64,000 bases of DNA from Patescibacteria group bacterium (GTDB lineage: Bacteria; Patescibacteriota; Patescibacteriia; JAXHNJ01). Below, in pieces: positions 29,925 to 39,128 of this stretch. Position numbers and translations under genes: made by a program. Under the pieces are notes generated by a model, which worked only from the letters and a program-made list of their open reading frames with translations, was not told where the DNA came from and did not search any database. The stretch spans positions 146,509 through 210,508 of the forward strand of contig JBDRMK010000017.1 in NCBI GenBank assembly GCA_043812155.1. The letters are read 5' to 3'. Positions within the stretch are counted from its first letter, which is position 1. Every line of letters starts with the position of its first letter.

Positions 29925-30090
29925 AAATAAAAGCCTCACGCTTTGTGAGACTTTTTTACTTCAACATAACCAAACATCACCCCTTTTGTGCCGGTTTCGC
30001 TCTATAACGCCCCCGATAACGGGATTTCCTCTCCAATCCACTTAGCGACCGCATAGGACTAAAGAGTTTCTTTGGCGTCTCACAAAGGTT
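29925..30090 (-). promoter_or_regulatory. Riboswitch-like leader (c-di-GMP-II-like aptamer candidate) with terminator/antiterminator
   Basis: Stem tctttagtcc/ggattggaga; loop ggtcgct can pair with agcg-aa-acc; terminator aaagtctcac..gtgaggctttt whose 5' arm also pairs with upstream ctttgtgagac. Confidence 0.45.
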
Positions 30091-30140
30091 TACTAACCTA
30101 CTGTTGTGAATTAACAAAGCCTATATTTTAGGCTGGAGCT

Positions 30141-30169
30141 ATCTTAGCTTATTTTCGCTTTTCTGTCAA
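30141..30169 (-). promoter_or_regulatory. sigma70-type promoter for the riboswitch-like leader and receiver gene
   Basis: TTGACA-17 nt-TAAGAT on the minus strand. Confidence 0.55.
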
Positions 30170-30178
30170 GAGGCTTAT

Positions 30179-30706
30179 TAGATATTAAGCGATTAAGCGA
30201 TCAAGATATTGAGATTTTTTTGAGAGATTATAAATAAGACTGTTAATGCCTTTTATCAGGCCATTGTAACTCTCGTCAAGAATTTTAAAATTTCTTTCAG
30301 TCATGTAATGCTGACTTAAAGCAATCCTTAAATGGCTTTGAATTTCGTAAATTTCTCCCCGGCTGATATAGAGAATGCGGAATTTATCCTTATAATGGAA
30401 CCGGCCCTGGCTTTCCGCGATATTAGCCGCCACGGAAACGGCGGCTCGTCTCATCTGCGTGGTTAAACCAAAAATCTCGTCTTTGGGAAAAACGCGGGTT
30501 ACCTTGTAAATTTGTTCCGCCAAGCTTTGAGCTTTTTGCCAAATCTTTAAATCAAAAAAAGCGCGAGCCATATTTATTCCTTTCGCGCCACCATTTGTCT
30601 ATTTATATTTTAACTGAAGTCTTTAATAAGTCAAGTCCATTTATTCGCTCAGCATCTTAATCGCTTAATCGCTCACTCGCTCAATATCTCAATCACTTAA
30701 TATCTA
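30179..30706. repeat. Inverted octamer arrays bracketing the four-helix-bundle gene
   Basis: Left 30179-30214 (AGCGATTA/AGATATTG units); right 30643-30706 is the reverse complement (TAATCGCT/CAATATCT units). Confidence 0.75.
30185..30571 (-). CDS. Four helix bundle protein (23S rRNA IVP/Avd-like family)
   Basis: F.DL.IWQKA..L...IY..T..FPKDE.FGLT.QMRRAAVSV.ANIAE..GR. Confidence 0.92.
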   Translation of the reverse strand: MARAFFDLKIWQKAQSLAEQIYKVTRVFPKDEIFGLTTQMRRAAVSVAANIAESQGRFHYKDKFRILYISRGEIYEIQSHLRIALSQHYMTERNFKILDESYNGLIKGINSLIYNLSKKSQYLDRLIA

Positions 30707-31327
30707 GACATCTTTTTCCATAATCACCACTTCCGCCTGCACCGCTTGTTTCAAATTTATCGCGTCTTCGGCTGACCCGGCCGCTTCCCCGTAATGCATC
30801 GGAATAACTGTTTTCGGCGCAATGGCTTGGACGGCTTCGGCCGCTTCCTGCCAGTTCATGGTATAAGTGCCGCCGACCGGCAACATGGCGATACTGATAT
30901 TTTTCAGTTCTTTCATTTCAGGGATAAAATCCGTGTCCCCGGCGTGATATATCCGCTGGCCGTCAATTTCCAAAATAAAGCCCAGGCCGCCGCTTTCTTT
31001 CGGATGAAATTCTTTATTAATATTATAGGCCGGCACGACTTCAATTTTTAGGCCTTCAACCGTCAATGTGTCGCCGGGCTTAAGCGTCCTCACCTTTCCG
31101 CCGATCTTCGGAGCCACTTCAGCCTGACAAAAGATCAGGGTCTTTTCGCCCCGGATCTTGGCGATGCTTTCCGGCGAAAAATGGTCAAAATGGCTGTGAG
31201 TGATAAAAATAAAATCGGCCATCGGCGCCGTGCCTGGAATTTTATAGGGATCAAGATAAATTGTTTTTCCTTGCTTGGTGATTATTTTGAAACCCGATTG
31301 GCCCAGCCATTTTATATTTTCCCGCAT
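30704..31327 (-). CDS. MBL-fold metallohydrolase
   Basis: THSHFDH, YHAGDT, PVGG.YTM, IPMHYG. Confidence 0.9.
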   Translation of the reverse strand: MRENIKWLGQSGFKIITKQGKTIYLDPYKIPGTAPMADFIFITHSHFDHFSPESIAKIRGEKTLIFCQAEVAPKIGGKVRTLKPGDTLTVEGLKIEVVPAYNINKEFHPKESGGLGFILEIDGQRIYHAGDTDFIPEMKELKNISIAMLPVGGTYTMNWQEAAEAVQAIAPKTVIPMHYGEAAGSAEDAINLKQAVQAEVVIMEKDV

Positions 31328-31340
31328 ATATTGTTGGCGG

Positions 31341-32093
31341 TTAAATCTTTCTTTCTTTGCCGACGATAATGTTCAGCCGTTTCGGGACAATTTCCACGCT
31401 CGCCGGGGTTTTGACCACGGTCTGACCGTCAAGCAAAAGCGGGACGCATTCGGTATCGCATTTTATTTTCGCTTTTTTTATGGTAAAAACGCTGTCTTTT
31501 TTATAGCTTTTTTTAAAGATATTCCAACCCGAATTTTGATTAACGACCACCGCTTCCAATAGTCCGTCGCCGGGGTTAAAAAAGGCGCCTTCTTCCAGCC
31601 GCCCTAAATTGCAGATCCGCAAAAGAGAAGACGGGGTAACGGTCTTAAAATTATAATGATCGTCACATTCAATCACCACGTTATTTTTCGTCACCTCCAA
31701 AGAAAAAAGGAAGTATTTTTCATTGGCTTTCCCTAAATCAAATTTCTTGATCATTCTTTTGGATAGAACGTCGCAAGCCGCCACCCCGTTGGGAATGCCT
31801 AAAAGCCGGGCAATCGACTGTTTTTGCCCCAAAGGAATATAGCCCAAGATTATCTTGCGGAAAGGGGCCACGTAGCTTATTACCTTGCCTAAGGTCATGT
31901 CATCACCCATTACTACGAGCGTTTCCGCTCCTTTTTTTATGCCGTCTTCCACGATCTCCTTAAGATTCTTCAAAATAGTCAGTTTATCCACCCGGCCGTT
32001 TATTCCTAACGCTAAAATTCTCGCTTCAATCTGCGAAATTTCATTTTCGTATCTTTTATCCGATAAAAAAGAATCGTAAATGTAGTGGTACAT
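31341..32093 (-). CDS. Diacylglycerol kinase family protein (degenerate)
   Basis: VVMGDD.T, GYIP.G...IARLLGIP, DLG, DG.LE, DGQ. Confidence 0.75.
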   Translation of the reverse strand: MYHYIYDSFLSDKRYENEISQIEARILALGINGRVDKLTILKNLKEIVEDGIKKGAETLVVMGDDMTLGKVISYVAPFRKIILGYIPLGQKQSIARLLGIPNGVAACDVLSKRMIKKFDLGKANEKYFLFSLEVTKNNVVIECDDHYNFKTVTPSSLLRICNLGRLEEGAFFNPGDGLLEAVVVNQNSGWNIFKKSYKKDSVFTIKKAKIKCDTECVPLLLDGQTVVKTPASVEIVPKRLNIIVGKERKI

Positions 32094-32113
32094 GATCTAA
32101 AAAATTATCCGGG

Positions 32114-32533
32114 TTATTTTTTGTTTTTCTTCTTGTCGTCACTGACGAATAATTCATGATTCACTTCAATCACCGCCCCTTCCTTTTTCCCCATCTGGCA
32201 TTTGCCGTTTAGCATTCCGCCCTCTTCAACCGATAAGATATTGGTTTCCACGTTGCCGAAAATTTTGGCGGTGGATTTCAGCTGCAATTTCTCCGAAACC
32301 TTCACATTACCTCTAATTTCCCCTGCTTGAAAAATGCTGGCCGCTTCCACGTCCGCCTTGATCCGGGCTCCCTGTCCGATTCTCACATTTTTTGAAGTTT
32401 TCAGGGTCCCCGTCAGTTGACCCTCGATCACGACGTCGCCGTCACTGGAAAAATTCCCTTCCACTTTCACGGAAGGGCCGATCACGGTTTCGGCTTCTTT
32501 TTGATTTTCTTGGTCAGATCTAAACATGGCCAT
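32114..32533 (-). CDS. Bactofilin (polymer-forming cytoskeletal protein)
   Basis: TVIGPSVKVEG..S.GDV.IEG beta-helix repeats; L.VEEGG.LNG.C.M. Confidence 0.9.
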   Translation of the reverse strand: MAMFRSDQENQKEAETVIGPSVKVEGNFSSDGDVVIEGQLTGTLKTSKNVRIGQGARIKADVEAASIFQAGEIRGNVKVSEKLQLKSTAKIFGNVETNILSVEEGGMLNGKCQMGKKEGAVIEVNHELFVSDDKKKNKK

Positions 32534-32691
32534 AAGATTAAATTTAATGATTATAAATACTCACTTATTGTAGAAGAATATGATGAAATTGTCAAAGGAA
32601 CGTCTTGACATTTTTTATTCTTAAAGTTAAGATATGAACACAAAATTAGTACAGCCAAAGGTATTTACCCTCATCAGAAACGGAGGCAAAA

Positions 32692-33258
32692 GTGATGAGA
32701 AAAATACTCTTGCTCGCGATTCTCGCCCTTTTCATTCTTCCCCTTATGGTCTCCGCGCAGAGCCCCTGCCTGGAAACCTGGGTCAGCCGGCATCCCGGAG
32801 AAACTCCGCTCATGCAGTGGTCGCCCGCTCCGGCCTGGACCAATCAAGCTCCTCTGGAAATCGGCGCCACTACTTGCCAAGAAGGCGTCAGCCTCTTTGA
32901 CCAGGTTTGGCGCGGACCGGATTCGGCTTCTTGGATCATCAATGTCTATGTTTATCGCGCGGCTTTGAACAGCGGATCGTTTTACATCTATGTGACGGCT
33001 GATTCCAGCGCCGCCGGCGTTCTCGCCCTGGATCTGTCAAACGCTTTCGGATTTTCCGACCGCTGCAAATGGTCAAGCGGCCACTCCCTCAACCTGAAGA
33101 ACGTACCGGAATTTCAGTTCGATCCGGAACATCCTTACTATCTACGGGTAGTGATCGCCTCAAACAGCCACGCGGTCTGCGCCTTGCGCTTCTGCGCCGA
33201 CGAAACGATCGGCGTCGAGCCCACCAGCTGGGGAATAATCAAGGGGATTTACCGGTAA
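32692..33258 (+). CDS. Secreted protein with a C-terminal SWGxIKxxYR tail
   Basis: Signal peptide; ends TIGVEPTSWGIIKGIYR; GGAGG RBS; own promoter and terminator. Confidence 0.7.
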   Translation: MMRKILLLAILALFILPLMVSAQSPCLETWVSRHPGETPLMQWSPAPAWTNQAPLEIGATTCQEGVSLFDQVWRGPDSASWIINVYVYRAALNSGSFYIYVTADSSAAGVLALDLSNAFGFSDRCKWSSGHSLNLKNVPEFQFDPEHPYYLRVVIASNSHAVCALRFCADETIGVEPTSWGIIKGIYR

Positions 33259-33349
33259 GCCGGAAATCTCGCGGATATTAAAGCGGGTCGACCATGTTAA
33301 ATGGTCAGCCCGCTTCTTTTTATTTTTGGCAAGTTCTGCCCGAATATCT

Positions 33350-36300
33350 TTAAGGAATGGATAATTGCCAGCCGATTTGGATGACGCCGGGATTTGAGGA
33401 TAAAGTCGGATAAACGAATTTATTCGCCTCAATAATCTTAGTATAATCGCGTCCGTTCCCGTAGAATCTTTCCGCGAGCTTCCACAAGGAATCGCCGGCC
33501 GCCACCGTGTATTTTACTTTACCGATAAATTGAAATACTGTTTCAGAAAATACATCAGCCGCCGAAGTTTTGGTAAAATTTAAGGCATTGGAAATCCTAG
33601 AGGATTTGCCGTTCAAATCAAAGGCGCGGACGGTAATTTCGTAACTTCCCTGGCCCAAACCGGAAACCGGCAGAGAATAAGCGAAAGAAGGCGTTTCATT
33701 AAGAGCGTTATTTACTACGGCGAATTCGTCCACGTATTGGCCGTCAACATAAACCTTGATCAAAGAATCATTGCGCGCCACGCCGCGGATGATCACTTCG
33801 GGATTGGTTCCGTCCTTGAAAATCGGCTCAAAAAGCGTGGGCGTGATATAAGGCAAAGCCACGGTAAAATAAATTTTTGGCGATCGATCCGAATAAACTC
33901 CGTCCGCATTGCGGGCGATCGTATATACGCTATGCACCCCGTTGGATAAATTCCTTCTTATTTTATAGAAAAATGAGCCGGTATCGGAAGGATGATCAGT
34001 GGAAAGAACCGTTTTTTCCAGATCATTATCAATAAAAATAAAAATAGTGTTATTAGAACGGGCCAGGCCGGTGATCGTCGGGCTTGAGGTGTCGATCGTA
34101 CTGTCGGCCTCTGGAAAAACAATGGTCGGCGAAGCCAAATAGGCCGACTCAGCCGCCAAAATAAATGTTTTGTCCGTTTCAAAAGCCGCCGTGTTGCCCG
34201 TGCTGAAAACTTTATAATGATAAGTCGTGCTGGCGGTCAATCCAGTAATCGTTATTTCATGAAGAGTGGTCAGGGTCGCACTGCTTGCCTCGCTTCCGTA
34301 ATCCGTGGTCAAGCCGTAAAGAACCCGGGAATCCGCCGCGTGATTGGTCGTCCAGGAGATTTTTACTGAAGTCGAAGAAAGCTGAGTCGCCGCCACGTTG
34401 CTGATGACCGTCCGGTCGCTGGTCACGATCGCTTCGGTTGTTGAATATTCGCTTTCAACGCCGTCCCCGTTTTTCGCTTTTACTTGAAAACTATAGGTAG
34501 TTTCCGGAGACAAACCGGTAATCGTTATGCCGCTGCTTCCCCAGACTGCTTGCGTCTGCCAGACCGCGGCCGGACCCAAAGAACCATCGGCTTGAACGTA
34601 ATTTCCCGTGCCAGCTTCATAAATCGCAAAAGATGTCGCCGCCGGATTATCATTATTATTGATCGATAGAGTCACGGTCGTCGCCGTAGAAACCAGGGTC
34701 GGTGTCCCCGGCACGTTGGCCAAAGTGTAGACCGAAGCAGAGGTCCCGTAGGAACTGGTGTTGCCCTGACTGTCGGTAAACCTGACATCGTAAGTATATT
34801 GAGTGTTGGGATTTAAAGAAGAATCGGTCTTTGTGCTTGTGCTGTTTGAGACGGCGGTTAAAGCGGTTGTGCCGTCCCTTCTTACCTGCCAGGTAGAAAG
34901 ACCGGACCCGTTTTCCGTCACGCTTGAAGGTTTGTTTAAGACAATGGAACTTGAAGTAAGGGTGCCGAAAGTGGGAGCGCCGACGCTTGAGGGAGCTTTA
35001 TTATCCACTCCAAAAGCCGAGGAAGTAGCCCAGGCGCTGGCGTTATCCGTACCGTCATTAGGCCTCACTTGCAAGTAAACGCTTGAATCCTCGGTATCGG
35101 CTAAATCCGTGGCGCTATCCCAAGCAAAAACATGGTCTTCACCCGGACTGGCTGAAGCAGTTAAGCCGGTTAAACCATCTCCTCCGGCAGTCATGGTCGC
35201 GTCTGTCCAGGAAGAACCGTCAACGGAATATTCAAGGCCTGAAGAAGCACCCTGAGAAATATTTGAAGTATCGCTGTCATAATCAACCAGATTGTAATTG
35301 ACCGAAATATCTCCTGACTGCCAGGTGGAAAAATCATCGTCAAAAGTGGCCTCAGGGTAATTATTCAAAGTCAGGGAAAGATTATCCAAAGAGACTTCTT
35401 GAGTGCCGTCGGAATGGAAAAAGGCCCGAATCAGAAGTTGGCCAGAGCCGGCCGGAAAAGTCGAGACATTCGTATCGATGTCAGAAGCTGTATTGGCTTG
35501 GCTGTAAGTGCCGTCGGAAGCGATCCAACCACCGCTGTAATATGACCAGGTGGAACCGTCATTATTGCTTAAAATGTATTTGATCTCGCCTCCATTTTTG
35601 GTGGCCGTTTCGGAAAAAGCGGATAACGTATCAAATGTGACGGCCGTACTATTAGTGATGACGGGGTCGTCGGCAGGATAAATCGTTTCCTCACTACCGG
35701 CGCTAGCTGTCTCTCCTAAACTTTTCCAAGCTTTATAATCATCCCATTCTGCTTCAGCATCGTCCCAAGTGTGAACTGTGGGATAAGCCCTATTAGCACA
35801 ATTAGATAGACTTTCGGTTGCTTGCTGAATAGCCTGAGTGCCATCAAGATAGCCCGTAATTTGTAACCAGCCAGGATCATCGCCACAGGTTGGTCGCCAA
35901 GTAGATTGTACATCTAATAATTGTGTATAACGAGTATCAACATTTTGACTAACAGTAATTGTTTCTCCAGTCCATGGTCCTTCGCCCATACCTGAATATA
36001 AAGTTACAATATTGGTGCTAGGTTGAGAACCCCACCACCAAACACCAATATCATTATCACCTTCATTTACATTATCATATATTCCGACGCTCATTAAATC
36101 AGTAGTGGCACTAGTACGCTTGCCCATTACTTCTAAATAGTAGTCATGGGCAGAGATATCCATAGTAGCGGTTTGATCAGCAATTAAACAATTAATGTTT
36201 GTTGGCCCAACGCCGGTTTTTTTTAATTTTCCATCAGCGACTGAAATTCTACTGGCACAATCGGCTCCAATCACTGTCCAGCTTGGATCAGAAGAAAAAT

Positions 36301-36880
36301 CTTCGTAATATTCGTAAACATTAGAATAATTTTCTGGCGGACTGGTAGCACTATCGTTATCATAATACAAATAATAACCACTATCTGATTCGGTAGCGGA
36401 AATAGCTGCCTGGGCTTTAAAACGCACCGTATTTAAACTCGGAGTAACGGCTAAATCTTGCGCCAGATAATCCCGGTCAATCTCGGTATTGGCTGACCCG
36501 TTCCAATAGACGATTCTTAAGTCATACTGATTCGCCTGCATTTTTAAGGCCGCCACCAAAGAAGCGATATCGGCATTAAGCGTCAGGGTGTCATCCGTCG
36601 TAATGGCCGTCGAACCGGCCGTTACCGTGATTTTTTTCCGATAGGCGTAGTCCGTATCCCACCAGGCCGGAGAACGCCCCAAGACCGCCTGGCCGCCGGT
36701 CACCTGAATTTTTGTGTCGTCATAAGTATAATTGCCGGCCGTGGTAAAGGGGATATTCTGAGTGGCGGCCAAAACTTTAGACGGTAAAGGGATATAATTG
36801 AAATTCAGAACAAAAACAAGAGCAAAGATTAATAATGCCTGTAAAACTTTTTGCCATTTTTTTGTTTTCTTGGTCGCCAT
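33350..36880 (-). CDS. Large surface protein: variable N-domain, FN3/Ig-like repeats, C-terminal LysM
   Basis: Signal peptide; FN3 motifs (LNPNTQYTY.V, L.P.TTY.F.V.A); YTVAAGDSLWKLAERFYGNG LysM. Confidence 0.85.
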   Translation of the reverse strand: MATKKTKKWQKVLQALLIFALVFVLNFNYIPLPSKVLAATQNIPFTTAGNYTYDDTKIQVTGGQAVLGRSPAWWDTDYAYRKKITVTAGSTAITTDDTLTLNADIASLVAALKMQANQYDLRIVYWNGSANTEIDRDYLAQDLAVTPSLNTVRFKAQAAISATESDSGYYLYYDNDSATSPPENYSNVYEYYEDFSSDPSWTVIGADCASRISVADGKLKKTGVGPTNINCLIADQTATMDISAHDYYLEVMGKRTSATTDLMSVGIYDNVNEGDNDIGVWWWGSQPSTNIVTLYSGMGEGPWTGETITVSQNVDTRYTQLLDVQSTWRPTCGDDPGWLQITGYLDGTQAIQQATESLSNCANRAYPTVHTWDDAEAEWDDYKAWKSLGETASAGSEETIYPADDPVITNSTAVTFDTLSAFSETATKNGGEIKYILSNNDGSTWSYYSGGWIASDGTYSQANTASDIDTNVSTFPAGSGQLLIRAFFHSDGTQEVSLDNLSLTLNNYPEATFDDDFSTWQSGDISVNYNLVDYDSDTSNISQGASSGLEYSVDGSSWTDATMTAGGDGLTGLTASASPGEDHVFAWDSATDLADTEDSSVYLQVRPNDGTDNASAWATSSAFGVDNKAPSSVGAPTFGTLTSSSIVLNKPSSVTENGSGLSTWQVRRDGTTALTAVSNSTSTKTDSSLNPNTQYTYDVRFTDSQGNTSSYGTSASVYTLANVPGTPTLVSTATTVTLSINNNDNPAATSFAIYEAGTGNYVQADGSLGPAAVWQTQAVWGSSGITITGLSPETTYSFQVKAKNGDGVESEYSTTEAIVTSDRTVISNVAATQLSSTSVKISWTTNHAADSRVLYGLTTDYGSEASSATLTTLHEITITGLTASTTYHYKVFSTGNTAAFETDKTFILAAESAYLASPTIVFPEADSTIDTSSPTITGLARSNNTIFIFIDNDLEKTVLSTDHPSDTGSFFYKIRRNLSNGVHSVYTIARNADGVYSDRSPKIYFTVALPYITPTLFEPIFKDGTNPEVIIRGVARNDSLIKVYVDGQYVDEFAVVNNALNETPSFAYSLPVSGLGQGSYEITVRAFDLNGKSSRISNALNFTKTSAADVFSETVFQFIGKVKYTVAAGDSLWKLAERFYGNGRDYTKIIEANKFVYPTLSSNPGVIQIGWQLSIP

Positions 36881-36897
36881 TATTTTTGTATCTCTGA

Positions 36898-39126
36898 TTA
36901 GAATATTTTGACGTAATAACCTGTTTTGTAAAATTGAAAAGAATTAGAAATAAGAGAAGCCTTGCCGGAAAAATCAAAAGCTTGAGCCCGTACCTGATGC
37001 TGACCGGTACTTAAATTATTTAAGGGAATTTTATAGGAAAAATAGACCGTGTCGAGATTTTTATCGATTACCGGAAACTGAATGTAGGTCTTGCCGTCTA
37101 AATATATTTTTATCAATGAATTATTGTGGCAGACCCCCCTAATAATTAAACCGGGGCTTCCCCGATAATCAGCGACTGGCGGAAAAAGTGTCGGGCCGAT
37201 ATACGGTAATTCCACGGTAAAATATATTTTCGGCGAACGTTCGGAAAAAACTCCGTCGGCATTGCGGGCGATCGTGTAAACACTGTGCTGACCGGGCGAT
37301 AAATTCCGCCTTAATTTATAGAAAAAGGAGCCGGTGCCGGAAGAATGATTAGTGGAAAGAACCGCGTTTTCCAAATCGCTGTCAATAAAAATAAAAATTG
37401 TGTTATTGGAGCGGGCCAAGCCGATGATCGTCGGTTTTGTCACGTTCATAGTTATTTCATTTTGCGGATAAAGAACCGTTGGCGAGGCTAAATAGGGCAA
37501 ATCTTCTATTTCTTCTATTGTTTCTGCTGGCAGGGAACAAGAGCGGGATATCGCGGGTCTGTCAGCCGTTGTTCCGCAATTATTAGCATCCGTGCAAACG
37601 CGGGTCTCAAGACTACTGGCACAAGTTGACCAATCGGCACAGGACCAACTTTCAACACAGGGGCAAACACCTCCTTCGTCAATACTACCATCACAATCAT
37701 TATCTATACTGTCGCATATCTCGGTGGCTCCGGGATGAACAGCGCTGTTCGAATCATCACAATCAACTCCGGTATGGGCGCAGGTGCCTAAACTTGAAGC
37801 GCCATAGCCGTCGCTGTCCGCATCCGTGCAAGCGGAACACCAGTAGCTTTCGTCCGCTTCGCCGGAACAATTATTATCCAGGCCGTCGGCGCAGACTTCC
37901 GCCGCCCCAGGATTGATACTTGAGCTTTCAACGCGGCAGGATAAATCGCTTAATTTTGAAAGGGTAAAAGTGCCGTCTTCCTGCCAATTTACTCTTTTCA
38001 CCCGTAAAGCCCGCAAGTGGTCCGTGGCGTCCCCGGAATATTCATTGGAAATACTTTCTGTCATGAACCAAGTATCATCGTATGGCTTTACTACCTCAAT
38101 AGCGTTAACCCCAGCGTCAGGGATAGACCCTTGATAAACCCAATTAGCGCTGCCGCTGTCATCGGCCGTCAAATTTTCCGAGGTAGCGTATTGCACCATG
38201 GCCGGCGGCTCGGTATCCGACCAGTCGGTAAAAGTCAGATAATAATTACCATTATATTCCATGGCAAACGGATTTTCCGCCTGACCGCCCTTAGTGGCAT
38301 TAATATATCCTGCGCCGGTCCAATCAACTAAATTATCCGAATATGCCACATCAACAACGGCTTGGCCTCCCGGTTTGTATTTCGCGGTAGCGAACATCAC
38401 CCAACGGCTGTTTGTTTCATCTCTGATAACCATCGGGTCCCGGCATTGCTCATCAAAACTTGTGCCATCACCCCAGGTCGTCCAAGCGTTATCGCATTCG
38501 TAGATGCAGCCGTCTTGGACTACGCCGGAACATTTGCCGGTGGTCGGGTAAAGAGTCCAAGTATTGAGATCCGTGGAAGTGGCCAGGCCGATGCGTTCCG
38601 TCCAGGGATTGGTTCCCGACTGAACGCCGGTAAAAAACATATAATACGTGCTGCCGCTTTTGACAATATGCGGCGCCCAGATCGATGCGTAATAAGTGCC
38701 GGCCTGTCGGGCCAAAGCCGTACCGACATAAGCAAGGTTCTTAAAATCAGTCGTGGTAAAATGAGCGATATCGCTATATATCGAAGATCTGTTCCACATG
38801 TGGAAAAATAGGTGCCAGACGCCGCTGTCATCCTGGATCCAGGCATGATCCGCGATATCGTTTGTGCCGTCCGGATCGCCGTACGAGGCCAGAAAAGCCG
38901 GCGCCGCCGTCTCATCGCAACTTTCATTATTCTTATAGGCGGAATAAAGAGTGTCCATACAGTCATTTCCGCCTGATCCTTCGCTGGCGTAGCCGTCGCT
39001 ATCCAGATCTGTTGAACCGTAAACTCTCGCCCACCAAAAAAATCCCGTGGCCAAAATCAGACACAGAGAAATAATAAGAAATTGTTTATGTTTTATTTTT
39101 GTTTTTAACAAACTTTTTATCCTCAA
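36898..39126 (-). CDS. Surface glycoside hydrolase-like beta-propeller (GH32/GH43-like) with Cys/Asp-rich MopE-like repeats and Ig-like tail
   Basis: WAPHI, YMFFTG, IGLATS.DL..W, RDPMV, AENP; DCDD..VHPGA.EICD.IDNDCDG.IDE repeats. Confidence 0.75.
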   Translation of the reverse strand: MRIKSLLKTKIKHKQFLIISLCLILATGFFWWARVYGSTDLDSDGYASEGSGGNDCMDTLYSAYKNNESCDETAAPAFLASYGDPDGTNDIADHAWIQDDSGVWHLFFHMWNRSSIYSDIAHFTTTDFKNLAYVGTALARQAGTYYASIWAPHIVKSGSTYYMFFTGVQSGTNPWTERIGLATSTDLNTWTLYPTTGKCSGVVQDGCIYECDNAWTTWGDGTSFDEQCRDPMVIRDETNSRWVMFATAKYKPGGQAVVDVAYSDNLVDWTGAGYINATKGGQAENPFAMEYNGNYYLTFTDWSDTEPPAMVQYATSENLTADDSGSANWVYQGSIPDAGVNAIEVVKPYDDTWFMTESISNEYSGDATDHLRALRVKRVNWQEDGTFTLSKLSDLSCRVESSSINPGAAEVCADGLDNNCSGEADESYWCSACTDADSDGYGASSLGTCAHTGVDCDDSNSAVHPGATEICDSIDNDCDGSIDEGGVCPCVESWSCADWSTCASSLETRVCTDANNCGTTADRPAISRSCSLPAETIEEIEDLPYLASPTVLYPQNEITMNVTKPTIIGLARSNNTIFIFIDSDLENAVLSTNHSSGTGSFFYKLRRNLSPGQHSVYTIARNADGVFSERSPKIYFTVELPYIGPTLFPPVADYRGSPGLIIRGVCHNNSLIKIYLDGKTYIQFPVIDKNLDTVYFSYKIPLNNLSTGQHQVRAQAFDFSGKASLISNSFQFYKTGYYVKIF

Positions 39127-39128
39127 AC

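Noticed and set aside
30185-30571. Complete DGR locus around the Avd-like gene
   Set aside because: No reverse transcriptase and no TR/VR pair visible in the window.
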